Source: a bacterium
GTDB lineage: Bacteria > UBA8248
Assembly: GCA_965204535.1 (NCBI GenBank)
Contig: CBDBEV010000001.1
Span: forward strand, 672,001-736,000
Reading direction: 5' to 3'
Length of the DNA stretch: 64,000 nucleotides
The position numbers and the translations under genes were made by a program. A model generated the notes under the pieces. The model had not been told where the DNA came from. It saw only the letters and a list, made by a program, of their open reading frames with translations, and did not search any database. Positions 9,690 through 19,818 of this stretch are shown piece after piece; position 1 is the stretch's first letter; every line of letters begins with the position of its first letter.

Positions 9690-10611
9690 CACGCACCGCC
9701 TTTGTAATTCGGATTTCACCGAAATTGGACGCCTGTTGCGCCACGACAAGATTTCCCTTGATGAGTTCCAGAAGCGCCAGGAATATGGCCACCACTTCGA
9801 GCACGCGCCTCGTCTGGAACAACGAGTGGAAGAGCACTCCGTCCCCGCCTGCGTCCTCCAGGGTGTCCATGAGCATGGTTCTCATGTCGGCGACTTCGAG
9901 CTCATCGATGTCCACGAGGTGGACGCCTTCTTCCCCGATGGATTCGATGAGGTGCTGCATGGCGCTGATGAGGTCGAACACCGTGACTTGCAGCCTGGGC
10001 GCTTCTTCTTCCTCGTCATCCTCCAGGAGGAGAGGATCGGCGCCCCGCGTATAGAGCCAGGATTGCTCCTCCTCGGCATGGCGGAACACCTGGCTGATTT
10101 TCTTGAATTTCTGGTACTCGATGAGCTGGCGCTGGAGCTCCTGGCGCAGGACTTCGGGGTCTTCCTCTTCCGCGTCGTCCTCGGTCCGGGGCAGAAGCGT
10201 TCTGCTCTTGATGTAGACCAGATAAGAGGCCATGACGAGGTATTCCGACGCCAGGTTGATGTTCAGCTTTTTGAGGAGTTCCACGTATTTCAGGTATTGA
10301 TCCGTAATGAAGGCGACCGGAATATCGTTTATGTCCAGCCTGTGCTCGCGCACCAGATGCAGCAGCAGTTCGAGCGGACCCTCGAAGACGTCGATCTTGA
10401 CGTTGAATCGCTCGGAATCATCCGAAACTTCAGGTGCGGTCTCCAGACCCTCGGGGCGGTCCGCATCGGGCGCACGGCCGGTCTCCAGGATTTCCCAGTT
10501 ATCGGGGTTTCCCGCGGACATATCGCTGCCCCAGGGCAGATCGGCGAAGCCGGTCTCCTCTGAAGGCGCAGCCGAGCCTTCTGGTGGTGGCGTATTTTCT
10601 GGGGGATTCAT
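9682..10611 (-). CDS. scpA: segregation and condensation protein A
   Basis: FEGPLELLLHLV, ASEYLVMA..L..IKSRTLLP, FLALLEL; overlaps the scpB start. Confidence 0.95.
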   Translation of the reverse strand: MNPPENTPPPEGSAAPSEETGFADLPWGSDMSAGNPDNWEILETGRAPDADRPEGLETAPEVSDDSERFNVKIDVFEGPLELLLHLVREHRLDINDIPVAFITDQYLKYVELLKKLNINLASEYLVMASYLVYIKSRTLLPRTEDDAEEEDPEVLRQELQRQLIEYQKFKKISQVFRHAEEEQSWLYTRGADPLLLEDDEEEEAPRLQVTVFDLISAMQHLIESIGEEGVHLVDIDELEVADMRTMLMDTLEDAGGDGVLFHSLFQTRRVLEVVAIFLALLELIKGNLVVAQQASNFGEIRITKAVRDE

Positions 10612-10870
10612 GCTCACCCCGGATGGGCGGACTGAGCGGTCTTTGCCGGGCGCTTTCACGAGCCCACGGGCGGGGAGGCTCTTTATCGCCCTGGAATTAC
10701 TATCCAGCCTAGAAAATATGGATATTCTTGTCAAATGGGAAAAATCGGAATTTTTCAAAAAATTCAAGCGCTTATGCGTCTTCCTCTCGACGGGTCGGTC
10801 CCTGCGCCTTGAGGGAGAAGCGCCTCTGGGGGATAATCGGAGTTCTGGTAATCTCGACGAGGAGGAATCG

Positions 10871-11713
10871 ATGGCAGGCAAAATCATGTCCCTCACGCAA
10901 GCGGCGGCCCTGGTGCAGGATGGAGATTTGCTCGCCCTGGGCGGAAACGCGCTCACGAGAATTCCCGCCGCCTTCGTCCGGGAACTCGCCCGTCAGGGGC
11001 GGGAGAATTTGCGTCTCGTGAAGACGGCCGGCGCCTATGACGTCGACTTGCTCTGCGCGGCGGGGGCCGTAGCGCAGACGCAGACGGGCTACGTGGGATT
11101 CGAGAACCTCTTCGGCCTGGCGCCCTCCTACCGCCGGGGCGTGGAGGAAGGCCGCGTGCAGGCGGTCGAACACGCCTGCTCCACCGTCATCGCGGGTCTC
11201 AGGGCCTCCGCGCATGGCCTGCCGAGCCAGCCCGTGGCGGGTCTGGAGGGCAGCGACGTGGCGGCGCATACCGGTTTCCGGCAAGCAAGAGACCCCTACA
11301 CGGGTGAGTCGGTATTCATGATTCCAAAAATCAGGCCCAGATTCGCCGTTCTCCATGTGACGTACGCAGACTCCGAGGGGAACGCGCGGATAGACGGCGG
11401 GGCGTTCGAGGACGTCTTGATGTCCAGAGCCGCCGAGTCGGTGATCCTGACGGCGGAGCGCATCGAGGAGACCGCGTTTTTCGTCGAGAAACCCGAAAGA
11501 ACGGCGGTTCCCGCCTTCATGGTGCAGGCGGTGGTTCACGCGCCGGGAGGCGCGCGGCCCGGGGGATGCCATCCGTTTTACGATATCGACGAAGAAGCCG
11601 TGGGCGCATACCTCGATTCGGCGGCCGGCGCGGAATCCCTGCGCGCTCATCTCGATTCCTGGGAGGAGCGCGACCATGCAGGAAGCGTGGCGGCGTCGAG
11701 GGGCGCCGGATGA
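10871..11713 (+). CDS. CoA-transferase-like subunit A (GctA/PcaI type)
   Basis: SLTQAAALVQDGD.LALGG, DLL..AG, LRASAHGLP, DPYTGE, ADSEGN; GGAGG RBS. Confidence 0.82.
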   Translation: MAGKIMSLTQAAALVQDGDLLALGGNALTRIPAAFVRELARQGRENLRLVKTAGAYDVDLLCAAGAVAQTQTGYVGFENLFGLAPSYRRGVEEGRVQAVEHACSTVIAGLRASAHGLPSQPVAGLEGSDVAAHTGFRQARDPYTGESVFMIPKIRPRFAVLHVTYADSEGNARIDGGAFEDVLMSRAAESVILTAERIEETAFFVEKPERTAVPAFMVQAVVHAPGGARPGGCHPFYDIDEEAVGAYLDSAAGAESLRAHLDSWEERDHAGSVAASRGAG

Positions 11714-12462
11714 GCGTCGCGATGCGCGAAGGCGCGTCCCAGGAGGTGCGCGCCGCCGCCGACAGGATGGCGGTTTTTCTCTCCAGATTCATCCGCGACG
11801 GGGAACTCGTGTTCCACGGCGTGGCATCTGCGCTGCCGATGGCGGCGATCGTCATGGCCCGGAACACCCACGCGCCGAACCTGACCTACCTGAACATCCC
11901 GGGCGGCGTGGACCCACGACCCTCCTATCTTCCCGGCTCCACCGTGGCGCGGCAACTCATGGAAGGCGCGCTTTCGTATTTCAGCCTCACGGAAATTTTT
12001 GATCTGTCCGCCCGGGGCAAGCTCGACCTGGCGTTTCTGGGCGGCGCGCAAATCGACGCGCGGGGCGACATGAACCTCTCCTTTATCGGGGACCCCGCTG
12101 CGCCCAATGTGCGCCTTCCGGGCGGTGCGGGCAGCGCGCACATTCTGCCCACGGCGGGGCGAACCGTATTATGGCGGACGGTGCACGACGCGAGGAGCTT
12201 TCCCGAGCGCTGCGATTTCGTGACGGCTTCGGGCAACGTGGATGCGGTGGTGACCCCCTTGTGCATTTTTGAGAAGGCGGACGGCCGTCTCCGGGTGAAG
12301 TCGATTCACCAGGGCGTAACGGCGGACGGCTTGCGCGCGGCCACGGGGTTCGACCTCGGTGATTTGGAGCGCGCCCCCACCACGCCTGAACCGACGGATG
12401 CCGAGCGCACAGCACTCCACGCTGCAGACCCCGAAGGTGTCCGCCTGCGCGAATTCATCTGA
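11710..12462 (+). CDS. CoA-transferase-like subunit B (GctB/PcaJ type)
   Basis: AFLGGAQIDARGDMN, LPGGAGS, DFVT; ATGA overlap with subunit A. Confidence 0.82.
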   Translation: MSVAMREGASQEVRAAADRMAVFLSRFIRDGELVFHGVASALPMAAIVMARNTHAPNLTYLNIPGGVDPRPSYLPGSTVARQLMEGALSYFSLTEIFDLSARGKLDLAFLGGAQIDARGDMNLSFIGDPAAPNVRLPGGAGSAHILPTAGRTVLWRTVHDARSFPERCDFVTASGNVDAVVTPLCIFEKADGRLRVKSIHQGVTADGLRAATGFDLGDLERAPTTPEPTDAERTALHAADPEGVRLREFI

Positions 12463-12479
12463 AGCGGAAATTTCCTTTC

Positions 12480-13415
12480 ATGCCGCAGAAAAGATTCGAC
12501 GCCGTGGGAATCGGCCTGAACTCGGCCGATCAGTTCTGTGTGGTGCGCGAATACCCGCTGGCGAACACCAAGAGCGGGATTCTGGACATGGCGCGCGAAG
12601 GCGGCGGGCAGGCGGCGACGGCCATGGCGGCGCTGGCGCGTCTGGGTATGCGCGCGGCCTACATCGGCGCGGTGGGCGACGACGAGGCAGGCGCGTTCTC
12701 CCTCGCGAGTTTGAGGGCCGAGGGCGTGAACGTGGAAGGCGTCGTCACGCAGCGAGGACGCGCGAGCCAGTCCGCCCTCATCATCGTGCAGCAAGAAGGC
12801 GACGGGGAGGAGAAAGGCTCGCGGACGATTCTGTGGCGGCGCGAGGTGTCCCTGGCGCGAGGAGACGTGAATGAGGATATCGTTCGGGCGGGACGCGCAC
12901 TTCATCTCGACGGCCACCACGTCGAGGCGGAAATCCGGGCCGCGCGGTGGGCGCGCGAGGAAGGCGCGCCCGTGTTCCTGGATGCCGAGCGCGCACCCGA
13001 GGGCATCGCGGACTTGATAAGTCTCACGGATTACCTGATCGCGGCGGAAGACTTCCCCGCTTTGCTCACCGACGTTTCCGAACACCGCGAGAGCTTAAGC
13101 CTGCTTCATGCGATGGGCCCCAAGGTGGCGGGCGTCACCCTGGGCACGCGCGGCGCGCTCGCATACGATGGAAAGCGGTTTTATGAAGCACCCGGTTTTC
13201 ATGTAGACGTGCTCGACACCACGGGGGCGGGCGATGCGTTTCATGGTGGATTCCTGTACGGCGTATTGCGAAAGATGGGCCTTGAGGATACGTTGCGCTT
13301 CGCAAACGCGGTCGCCGCGATGAACTGCACCGCCCTTGGGGGAAGGGCCGCGCTCCCTCGCCTGAACGAAGTGGAAGCCTTTCTGCGAGCGAATTCACCA
13401 GGGAAAAGCGCATGA
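12480..13415 (+). CDS. PfkB/ribokinase family carbohydrate kinase
   Basis: GGQAATA..LARLG, VTLGTRG, VLDTTGAGDAFHGGF. Confidence 0.92.
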   Translation: MPQKRFDAVGIGLNSADQFCVVREYPLANTKSGILDMAREGGGQAATAMAALARLGMRAAYIGAVGDDEAGAFSLASLRAEGVNVEGVVTQRGRASQSALIIVQQEGDGEEKGSRTILWRREVSLARGDVNEDIVRAGRALHLDGHHVEAEIRAARWAREEGAPVFLDAERAPEGIADLISLTDYLIAAEDFPALLTDVSEHRESLSLLHAMGPKVAGVTLGTRGALAYDGKRFYEAPGFHVDVLDTTGAGDAFHGGFLYGVLRKMGLEDTLRFANAVAAMNCTALGGRAALPRLNEVEAFLRANSPGKSA

Positions 13416-14641
13416 AGCGCATACTCGAAAAATTTTGCTACGCTCTCGTCCTGCTGTGCCTGTCCGTCGTTCTGAGCGGTTGCGATCTGCTCCCCGAGCT
13501 CGGCCCGCCGAAAGAATCCGTCTCGGGCACCATTCGGATGAGCGGGAAGCTGCCAGTCAAAGCGTGGCGCACACGCACGCTCTTCATCATCGTCGAACCT
13601 GAAGAAGGCGGACTGCCGCTCGCGGTGCAGCGCCTCGTGGAGACGCGGTTTCCCTACCGATACGTCATCACGAAAGACGACGTGATGATGAGCGGGCAAG
13701 AGTTCTCAGGGCGGGTCCGCGTACGCGCCCGCCTCGATGCGGACGGCGTTCCGGGCCCGCTGGTCAAGGGCGATTTCGAGGGGCGGGCGGCAGGCTTGGT
13801 TACCGTGGGCGCGAAGAACGTGGACGTGGTGATCGACCGAATCGGAACCGCTCCTCCCCCGGAAGTGGCGAAAAAATCTCCTCCAAAACCCGCTCCGCCT
13901 CCAAAGGCGACGCCACCGGCCGGGAGCGGCAAGACGATTCGCGGCGTGGTTCGCGTTGCGCCAGCCCTGGCGGATAAGGCGAAGGACAAGGCGGCGATTT
14001 TCATCATCGCGCGCGGAAAACAGCCCGGCCCGCCGCTTGCGGTCATGCGGATTCTCAATCCCCGGTTTCCCCTGGAATTCAGCATGAGCGAGCAGAACGT
14101 GATGATGCAGGGGGTGGCGTTCGAAGGCGAGGTCCGCCTCATCGCCAAGCTGGACGGCGACGGAAAGGTCGGGACCGAGCCGGGCGATATTTTCGGCGGC
14201 GCGCGCGGGCCGGTGCAGGTGGGGGCGCGCGGCGTGGAGATCGTTCTGACGCAGGAGGCGAAAGGCGCAGCCGCGCCGAAACCCGCAACCAGGGAAGAAA
14301 CGGGCGAGGTGATTTCGGGAACGGTCGAGGTCGCCCCCGCCCTGCGGGCGAAGGCCGAAGGCAAGCCGGTCTTGTTCCTGATCGCGCGCCAGGGCGGGGG
14401 AGGCCCCCCGCTGGCGGTCGTGCGCGTGGCGAACCCCCGCTTCCCGCTGGCGTTCGAGATTTCGAAGCGGAACGTGATGATCCCGGGCGTCCCGTTCGAG
14501 GGGATGGTTTCGCTCGCAGCGCGCCTGGACGCGGACGGCTCGGCGGGACCCGCGGGCGTGGGCGATCTGGAAGGCCGCACGGCGCGCCCCGTTCGGGTGG
14601 GAGAGAGGAACGTGCGCATCGTGATCGACAGGGCGTTTTGA
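13412..14641 (+). CDS. lipoprotein with three tandem CcmI/CycH C-terminal Ig-like domains
   Basis: Lipobox LSGC; three repeats of PLAV.R....FP..(F/Y)......VM......G.V...A(R/K)LD.DG....GD. Confidence 0.65.
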   Translation: MKRILEKFCYALVLLCLSVVLSGCDLLPELGPPKESVSGTIRMSGKLPVKAWRTRTLFIIVEPEEGGLPLAVQRLVETRFPYRYVITKDDVMMSGQEFSGRVRVRARLDADGVPGPLVKGDFEGRAAGLVTVGAKNVDVVIDRIGTAPPPEVAKKSPPKPAPPPKATPPAGSGKTIRGVVRVAPALADKAKDKAAIFIIARGKQPGPPLAVMRILNPRFPLEFSMSEQNVMMQGVAFEGEVRLIAKLDGDGKVGTEPGDIFGGARGPVQVGARGVEIVLTQEAKGAAAPKPATREETGEVISGTVEVAPALRAKAEGKPVLFLIARQGGGGPPLAVVRVANPRFPLAFEISKRNVMIPGVPFEGMVSLAARLDADGSAGPAGVGDLEGRTARPVRVGERNVRIVIDRAF

Positions 14642-14768
14642 CGGCGCAAGGCCGCGCGCTCTGGCGCGGCGGCGGCAAAGTGTGCATAATCGCCCCTCGA
14701 AATTCCCGAGAATCTATTTTCTGAAAGCAGGTTTTTCCTCATTCACGCACCGATAAGGAGAAGTCCAG

Positions 14769-15785
14769 GTGATCATCGACCCCCATGCCCACATCGCTCC
14801 CGAGAGTTTCATCGAAGACGTACGCCAGGGCCGTTTCGGCGACGCCGTCACCATCGAAGCGGGCGACCCGTGGGAACAACTCGTCACGAAAAACACCGTG
14901 CTCGGCGAGGAGCGGATCCACAAGAACCCGCTGCCGAAAGAAACCTATGACGTCGAGATGCGCCTGAGCGACATGGCGAACAACCAGAACGTGGACATAC
15001 AGATACTCTCCGTCGTTCCGCCCATGACGCACTACGCGCTCGACGCAGGGCTGAACAGGGAGCTTTCCGCATCGCTGAACGACGCGCTCACCGCGCTCAC
15101 GAAAGAGCACCCCGACCGCTTCCTGTGCATGGCGCAGATTCCGCTCCAGGACCCCGAAGCCGCGGCGGCCGAACTCGACCGCGCGGTGAAAAACGGCCAC
15201 CTGGGCTGCCAGATCGGCTCGAACGTCGCGGGCAAAAACCTCGACGACCCCGAGCTCGACGCCGTCTGGGCCAAGGCGTGCGAGCACGACGTGCCGATAT
15301 TCATTCACCCGGTGGACGTCATGGGCGTCAACGACAGGCTCAAGGACTATTACCTGAGAAACTTCATCGGCAACCCGCTCGACACGACGATATCCATCGC
15401 CTGCCTCATCTTCGGCGGCGTGTTCGACCGCTTCCCGAACATCAAGTTCCTGGTCTCGCACGTGGGCGGCTTCGTACCCTGGATACGGGGCCGCTGGCAG
15501 CACGGCTACGGCGAGCGCAGGGAGCCCAAGGTGCACGGTTCTAAGGACCCCGAACAGTATTTCGGCAAGATTTATTACGACACCATCATCCACAACGCGG
15601 ATTCGTTCGAGTTCGCCGTGAAAACGCTCGGCGTGGACCGGATTCTCTACGGCACGGACTATCCCTTCGACATGGGCTATCTGGCCGGGGCGAAGGAGAT
15701 TCCGGGGCTTTCGCGCTTCTCGGCGGATGAGCAGGAGCAGATGCTCTACGGGAACGTGAAGAAGCTCTACAAGCTGGACGTGTAA
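14769..15785 (+). CDS. amidohydrolase_2 family (ACMSD-like decarboxylase/hydratase)
   Basis: IIDPHAH, FIHP, GNPLDTT, SHVGG, YYDT, YGTDYPFDMG. Confidence 0.88.
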   Translation: MIIDPHAHIAPESFIEDVRQGRFGDAVTIEAGDPWEQLVTKNTVLGEERIHKNPLPKETYDVEMRLSDMANNQNVDIQILSVVPPMTHYALDAGLNRELSASLNDALTALTKEHPDRFLCMAQIPLQDPEAAAAELDRAVKNGHLGCQIGSNVAGKNLDDPELDAVWAKACEHDVPIFIHPVDVMGVNDRLKDYYLRNFIGNPLDTTISIACLIFGGVFDRFPNIKFLVSHVGGFVPWIRGRWQHGYGERREPKVHGSKDPEQYFGKIYYDTIIHNADSFEFAVKTLGVDRILYGTDYPFDMGYLAGAKEIPGLSRFSADEQEQMLYGNVKKLYKLDV

Positions 15786-15901
15786 GACCTGAAGCTGAGA
15801 AAACAACCCGGCTATCATGCGGCGAGGGGGCCGTGAGGGGTAGTTAAATGAGCCGGGTTTCGTGATTCTGGATATGTAGCTGACCGGTGAGAGAGGAGGC
15901 T

Positions 15902-16238
15902 TCACTCCCCCCTTGAGGGGGCTGTTGGAAAAGTCCTCCTCAGGGGATAAAGGCACCCCCCCCTACCCCCCTTGTCAGGGGGGTATAAAAAGGCGATGCG
16001 CCGCAAAAGAAGGAAAAAAGGATCAACTCCCCCCTTGAGGGTCTGGCTTCCCGAGGGGAAAGCCAGACGAAGAGGCCGAGCCCTGGCGAAGGCCGATTCG
16101 GTGGGGGGACATGCCACAGAAAAACTCCCCCCACCGGTTCGGTTTCGGGGAAAATCCCCCTCACCTCACCGACTCCCCCTCAAGGGGGGAGTGAAGTCTT
16201 CTCCCTCCACAGTATCTGGACTTTTTCAACAACCCCTT
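15902..16238. repeat. MITE-like mosaic repeat with IS-like ends
   Basis: ggggctgttggaaaagtcc (15918-15936) versus ggactttttcaacaacccc (16218-16236); encloses cccctaccccccttgtcagggggg and ctccccccttgagg...ccctcaaggggggagtg elements. Confidence 0.8.
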
Positions 16239-17664
16239 ACAGCGCAGGCCACCGGTTCCGCAGCTCGGGCGTCGCCGTCTCGTAGGCGTGGACCGCGCGC
16301 AGCACCTCCGCCTCCTCCCAGGGCCGTCCGATCACCTGAAGCGACATGGGCATGCCCTCTTTCTCCGAAAACCCGGTGGGAACCACCGCCGCCGGGAAAC
16401 CCGTCAGGTTCTGGTGGGTGAGGAACGGCATGGTGAGCGCGAGTGAGTAATCCACCTCCTCGCCGTTGATCACGGCCTTCAAATCGTCGAGTCGCGGGGC
16501 GATGCAGGGCAGGGCGAGCGTCAGGATGACGTCCACCCCCTCGAACAGATCAAGCACCTTGCGCCGTAGCACTTCCCGTTCGCGCCCCGCGCGGATGTAC
16601 TCGTCCAGGTCGGCCCCCGCGATACTCGCCTCCACCCGCTCGCGCGTCGATGGGCCGTAGCCGTCGGGGTTCTGTTCATAGAGTGGTCTGTGGAACTCGG
16701 CGAATTCGCACTGGATGATGACGCGGCTCACGTGCATCAAGCTCTCCGCATCGTCGAAGGGCAGCGTCTCGACACTCGCTCCCGACTCGCGGAGCACGCC
16801 GACGGCGCGCTCGAAGGCTTGCGCGACCTCCGCGTCCGCCTCGAAGCCGCCCGAAAGCCCGGGGCACAAGCCCACCCTTAAGCCCTCCGCACCCTCATCG
16901 AGCCGGGCGGAGAAATCGGGAACCGGCGCGTCGCGGCTATAGGGGTCTTGCGCATCATAGCCCGCCATCCCCTGTAAGAACAAAGCGGCGTCACGTGCCG
17001 AGCGGGCGATCGGCCCCACGTGGTCGTAGCTCAGACAGTTGGGGCACACGCCGCGCAGGCTCACCCGCCCGTGGGTGGGCTTGAGCCCGACGAGCCCGCA
17101 CAGCGCCGCAGGCCCTCGGATGGAGCTGCCCGTGTCCGTTCCGATGGCGGCGGGGCACAGGCCGGCGGCGACCGAAGCGCCCGACCCCGTGCTGGAGCCT
17201 CCCGTCATGCGCTCGGTGTCCCACGGGTTGCGCGCCGTGCCGTAGTGGACGTTTTCGCTCATCGGCCCCGAGGCGAACTCCTGGGTATGGCATTTTCCGA
17301 GCAGAATCGCGCCGGCGCGCTTGAGACGGACGACGCATTCCGCATCCGTCTCGGGCACGTTGTCGCGGAAGAAACTCGACCCGCGCGTCGTCCGCACGCC
17401 CGCCGTGTCGACGATGTCCTTGACCCCGTAGGGAACCCCGTGCAGAGGACCCAGCCTGCGCCCGGCGGCGATTTCCTCCTGCGCGCGCTTCGCCTCGGCC
17501 AGCGCGGCGTCCGCCGTCACTTCGAGAAAACCGAAGACGGTGGGATTCAGCGAATCGATGCGGCGCAGGAACGCCTCGACCACTTCCACGGAAGAGAGTT
17601 CCCCCGCCCCGATTCGTTCTGAAATCTCGTGAAGCCCGAGCCGGCAAATATCATCTTCTCTCAT
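16237..17664 (-). CDS. amidase signature family protein (GatA/AtzE-like)
   Basis: GPLHGVPYGVKD, GGSSTGSGASVAAG, IGTDTGSSIRGPAALCG. Confidence 0.92.
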   Translation of the reverse strand: MREDDICRLGLHEISERIGAGELSSVEVVEAFLRRIDSLNPTVFGFLEVTADAALAEAKRAQEEIAAGRRLGPLHGVPYGVKDIVDTAGVRTTRGSSFFRDNVPETDAECVVRLKRAGAILLGKCHTQEFASGPMSENVHYGTARNPWDTERMTGGSSTGSGASVAAGLCPAAIGTDTGSSIRGPAALCGLVGLKPTHGRVSLRGVCPNCLSYDHVGPIARSARDAALFLQGMAGYDAQDPYSRDAPVPDFSARLDEGAEGLRVGLCPGLSGGFEADAEVAQAFERAVGVLRESGASVETLPFDDAESLMHVSRVIIQCEFAEFHRPLYEQNPDGYGPSTRERVEASIAGADLDEYIRAGREREVLRRKVLDLFEGVDVILTLALPCIAPRLDDLKAVINGEEVDYSLALTMPFLTHQNLTGFPAAVVPTGFSEKEGMPMSLQVIGRPWEEAEVLRAVHAYETATPELRNRWPAL

Positions 17665-17964
17665 GGTATGCCCTCCTCGGAAACTTGTTTCATCCCCTGG
17701 ATAGGAATAATCGCCCGTCAAAAAACCACCTTCACCCGAAGACCCGCGTCCCGATGCGCGCGAGCCTGCGCGAGGTTCCTGATGCTTCGCGAAATAGTAT
17801 TAAAGACGATACCTTTGCACTCTAACACGTTCATGCTATAGTACGGAGCATACATTTCATACCATATCCCATACCCCTCTAAGGGAAGGGGGGTGCAACA
17901 CGTATGATTGCTGTTGCAGGCCTTCCCTTCATCGTGCCGAGTCATACACGCAGGAGGCGTGCAA

Positions 17965-18822
17965 ATGACTTTCTGGCTCACCCAGATATTCAACGGCATC
18001 TCCTACGGCGCCATCGTCTTCCTGCTGGCCATGGGCCTCTCCCTGATATTCGGCGTCATGAAGGTCATCAACGTCACGCACGGAACCTATTTCCTCGTGG
18101 GCGCATACTTCGGGCTCACGACCCTCAAGCAGACGGGAAATTTCTTCCTCGCCATCCTGATCGGCGGAATCGCGATCGCCGTCATGGGCATCGTGATCGA
18201 GCGCGTCTTCCTGCGCCGCCTTCAGGGAAACGACCTTGGCCAGGTGCTCATCACCATGGGATTCGTTCTCGTTCTTCAGGACGCGATTCTCGTCGTCTGG
18301 GGTCCCGACCCGGTCAGTATGGATGCGCCGAAATTCCTGGCCAGCACGGGACGGATCGGGGGGTTCTCCTTCCCGATGTACAGGTTGTTCCTCATCGTAT
18401 TCGCAGCGGTAACGGCGGCGGCGCTGTGGTTCTTCGAGAGCAGGACCAAAGTCGGCTCCTCGGTGAGAGCCGCCGTCGACGATGTGGAGATGGCGGGCGG
18501 GATGGGGGTGAACGTGCCCGTCGTGTTCAGCCTCGTTTTCGGACTCGGCTCGTTCCTGGCCGGCATGAGCGGCGTGCTGGCGGCGCCCTGGCTCGGTATC
18601 CAGGCGGGGCTTGACTTCGAGATCCTCCCCTTCGCCTTCGTCGCCATTATCGTGGGCGGGATGGGCAGCCTGAAAGGCGCGGTCGTCGCCAGCCTCCTCG
18701 TCGGGATCATCGACAATCTGGGGAAAACCTTCTTTCCCGAATTCGCGTATTTCACCCTGTTCCTGCCGATGGCCGTCATTCTCGCCATTCGTCCCTCCGG
18801 GCTGTTCGGGAGAGCGATGTGA
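17965..18822 (+). CDS. livH: branched-chain amino acid ABC transporter permease LivH-like
   Basis: GLSLIFGVMKVINVTHG, IIVGGMGSLKGA. Confidence 0.9.
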   Translation: MTFWLTQIFNGISYGAIVFLLAMGLSLIFGVMKVINVTHGTYFLVGAYFGLTTLKQTGNFFLAILIGGIAIAVMGIVIERVFLRRLQGNDLGQVLITMGFVLVLQDAILVVWGPDPVSMDAPKFLASTGRIGGFSFPMYRLFLIVFAAVTAAALWFFESRTKVGSSVRAAVDDVEMAGGMGVNVPVVFSLVFGLGSFLAGMSGVLAAPWLGIQAGLDFEILPFAFVAIIVGGMGSLKGAVVASLLVGIIDNLGKTFFPEFAYFTLFLPMAVILAIRPSGLFGRAM

Positions 18823-19772
18823 GGGGGGAACTTCTGGCCACCCGCGGCAGAGTGATTGCGATTGCCGCAGTCCTGGTTTTCGCATGCGTATCGCCGCTGT
18901 TCGTGGATGAATTCTCGGTGCTCGTCCTGAACCAGTGCCTGATCTGGGGCATCCTCGCCTTAAGCCTCGACTTGATGCTCGGCTACACCGGCATGGCGTC
19001 TCTGGGCCACGCGGCCTATTTCGGCACCGGCGCCTATGCGGCGGCCATCATGTCGGCGACCTACGGCGCTTCGTTCGGTGAGGCGTTCGTCGTCGCGCTC
19101 ATCGCCGCAGCGGTGGTAACGGCCATCTGCGCGCTCGTCGCACTGCGGGCGTCGGACGTGTATTTCCTGATGATCACGTTCGCCCTGGCCATGCTCATGT
19201 GGGGACTCGCCTATCGCTGGGACTCGATGACCGGCGGCGAAAACGGCATCGCGGGCATAGACCGCCCATTATTCATGGAAGATACGATCACTTACTACTA
19301 CTTCACCCTCATCGTGGCCGCCGTCGTATTCCTGTTCTTCTCCGTTCTCGTTCACTCGTGTTTCGGGAAGACGATGGTGGGGATCCGCGAGAGCGAATCG
19401 CGCATGCGCGCCCTGGGCTACAACGTATGGCTCCACAAGTTCATCATCTACATGATCTCGGGCATATTCAGCGGCTTCGCCGGTTTTCTCTGGGTGTTCT
19501 ACAACAGCTACGTCGCTCCGACCGACGTCGAACTGGTGACCTCGTTCAACGCCCTGCTGATGGTCTCGCTGGGAGGACCGGGCACGCTGGCCGGCCCCCT
19601 CCTGGGCTCCACCATATTCGTCATTCTCGACAACTCCGTGAACATGTTCACCGAACGCTCTCTGACTGTCGTGGGCTGCATTTACATCGTGGTGGTTCTT
19701 TTCGCGCCCGAGGGCATCATGGGCTTCATCAAGCAACTGAGAACGAAGGTTGGCGAAACGGACAACGGATGA
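18819..19772 (+). CDS. livM: branched-chain amino acid ABC transporter permease LivM-like
   Basis: GYTGMASLGHAAYFGTGAY, TGGENG, LGGPGTLAGP. Confidence 0.9.
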   Translation: MRGELLATRGRVIAIAAVLVFACVSPLFVDEFSVLVLNQCLIWGILALSLDLMLGYTGMASLGHAAYFGTGAYAAAIMSATYGASFGEAFVVALIAAAVVTAICALVALRASDVYFLMITFALAMLMWGLAYRWDSMTGGENGIAGIDRPLFMEDTITYYYFTLIVAAVVFLFFSVLVHSCFGKTMVGIRESESRMRALGYNVWLHKFIIYMISGIFSGFAGFLWVFYNSYVAPTDVELVTSFNALLMVSLGGPGTLAGPLLGSTIFVILDNSVNMFTERSLTVVGCIYIVVVLFAPEGIMGFIKQLRTKVGETDNG

Positions 19773-19818
19773 TCAGCCCACTCCAGGGCCGTCATCGTCT
19801 ATAAGAGGAGGAATTCCC

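Noticed and set aside
16237-17664. gatA of the GatCAB amidotransferase
   Set aside because: No gatC/gatB neighbours; the catabolic transporter context fits a general amidase.
17718-17999. Cys-rich small ORF
   Set aside because: It overlaps the AT-rich divergent promoter and the livH start and lacks host codon bias.
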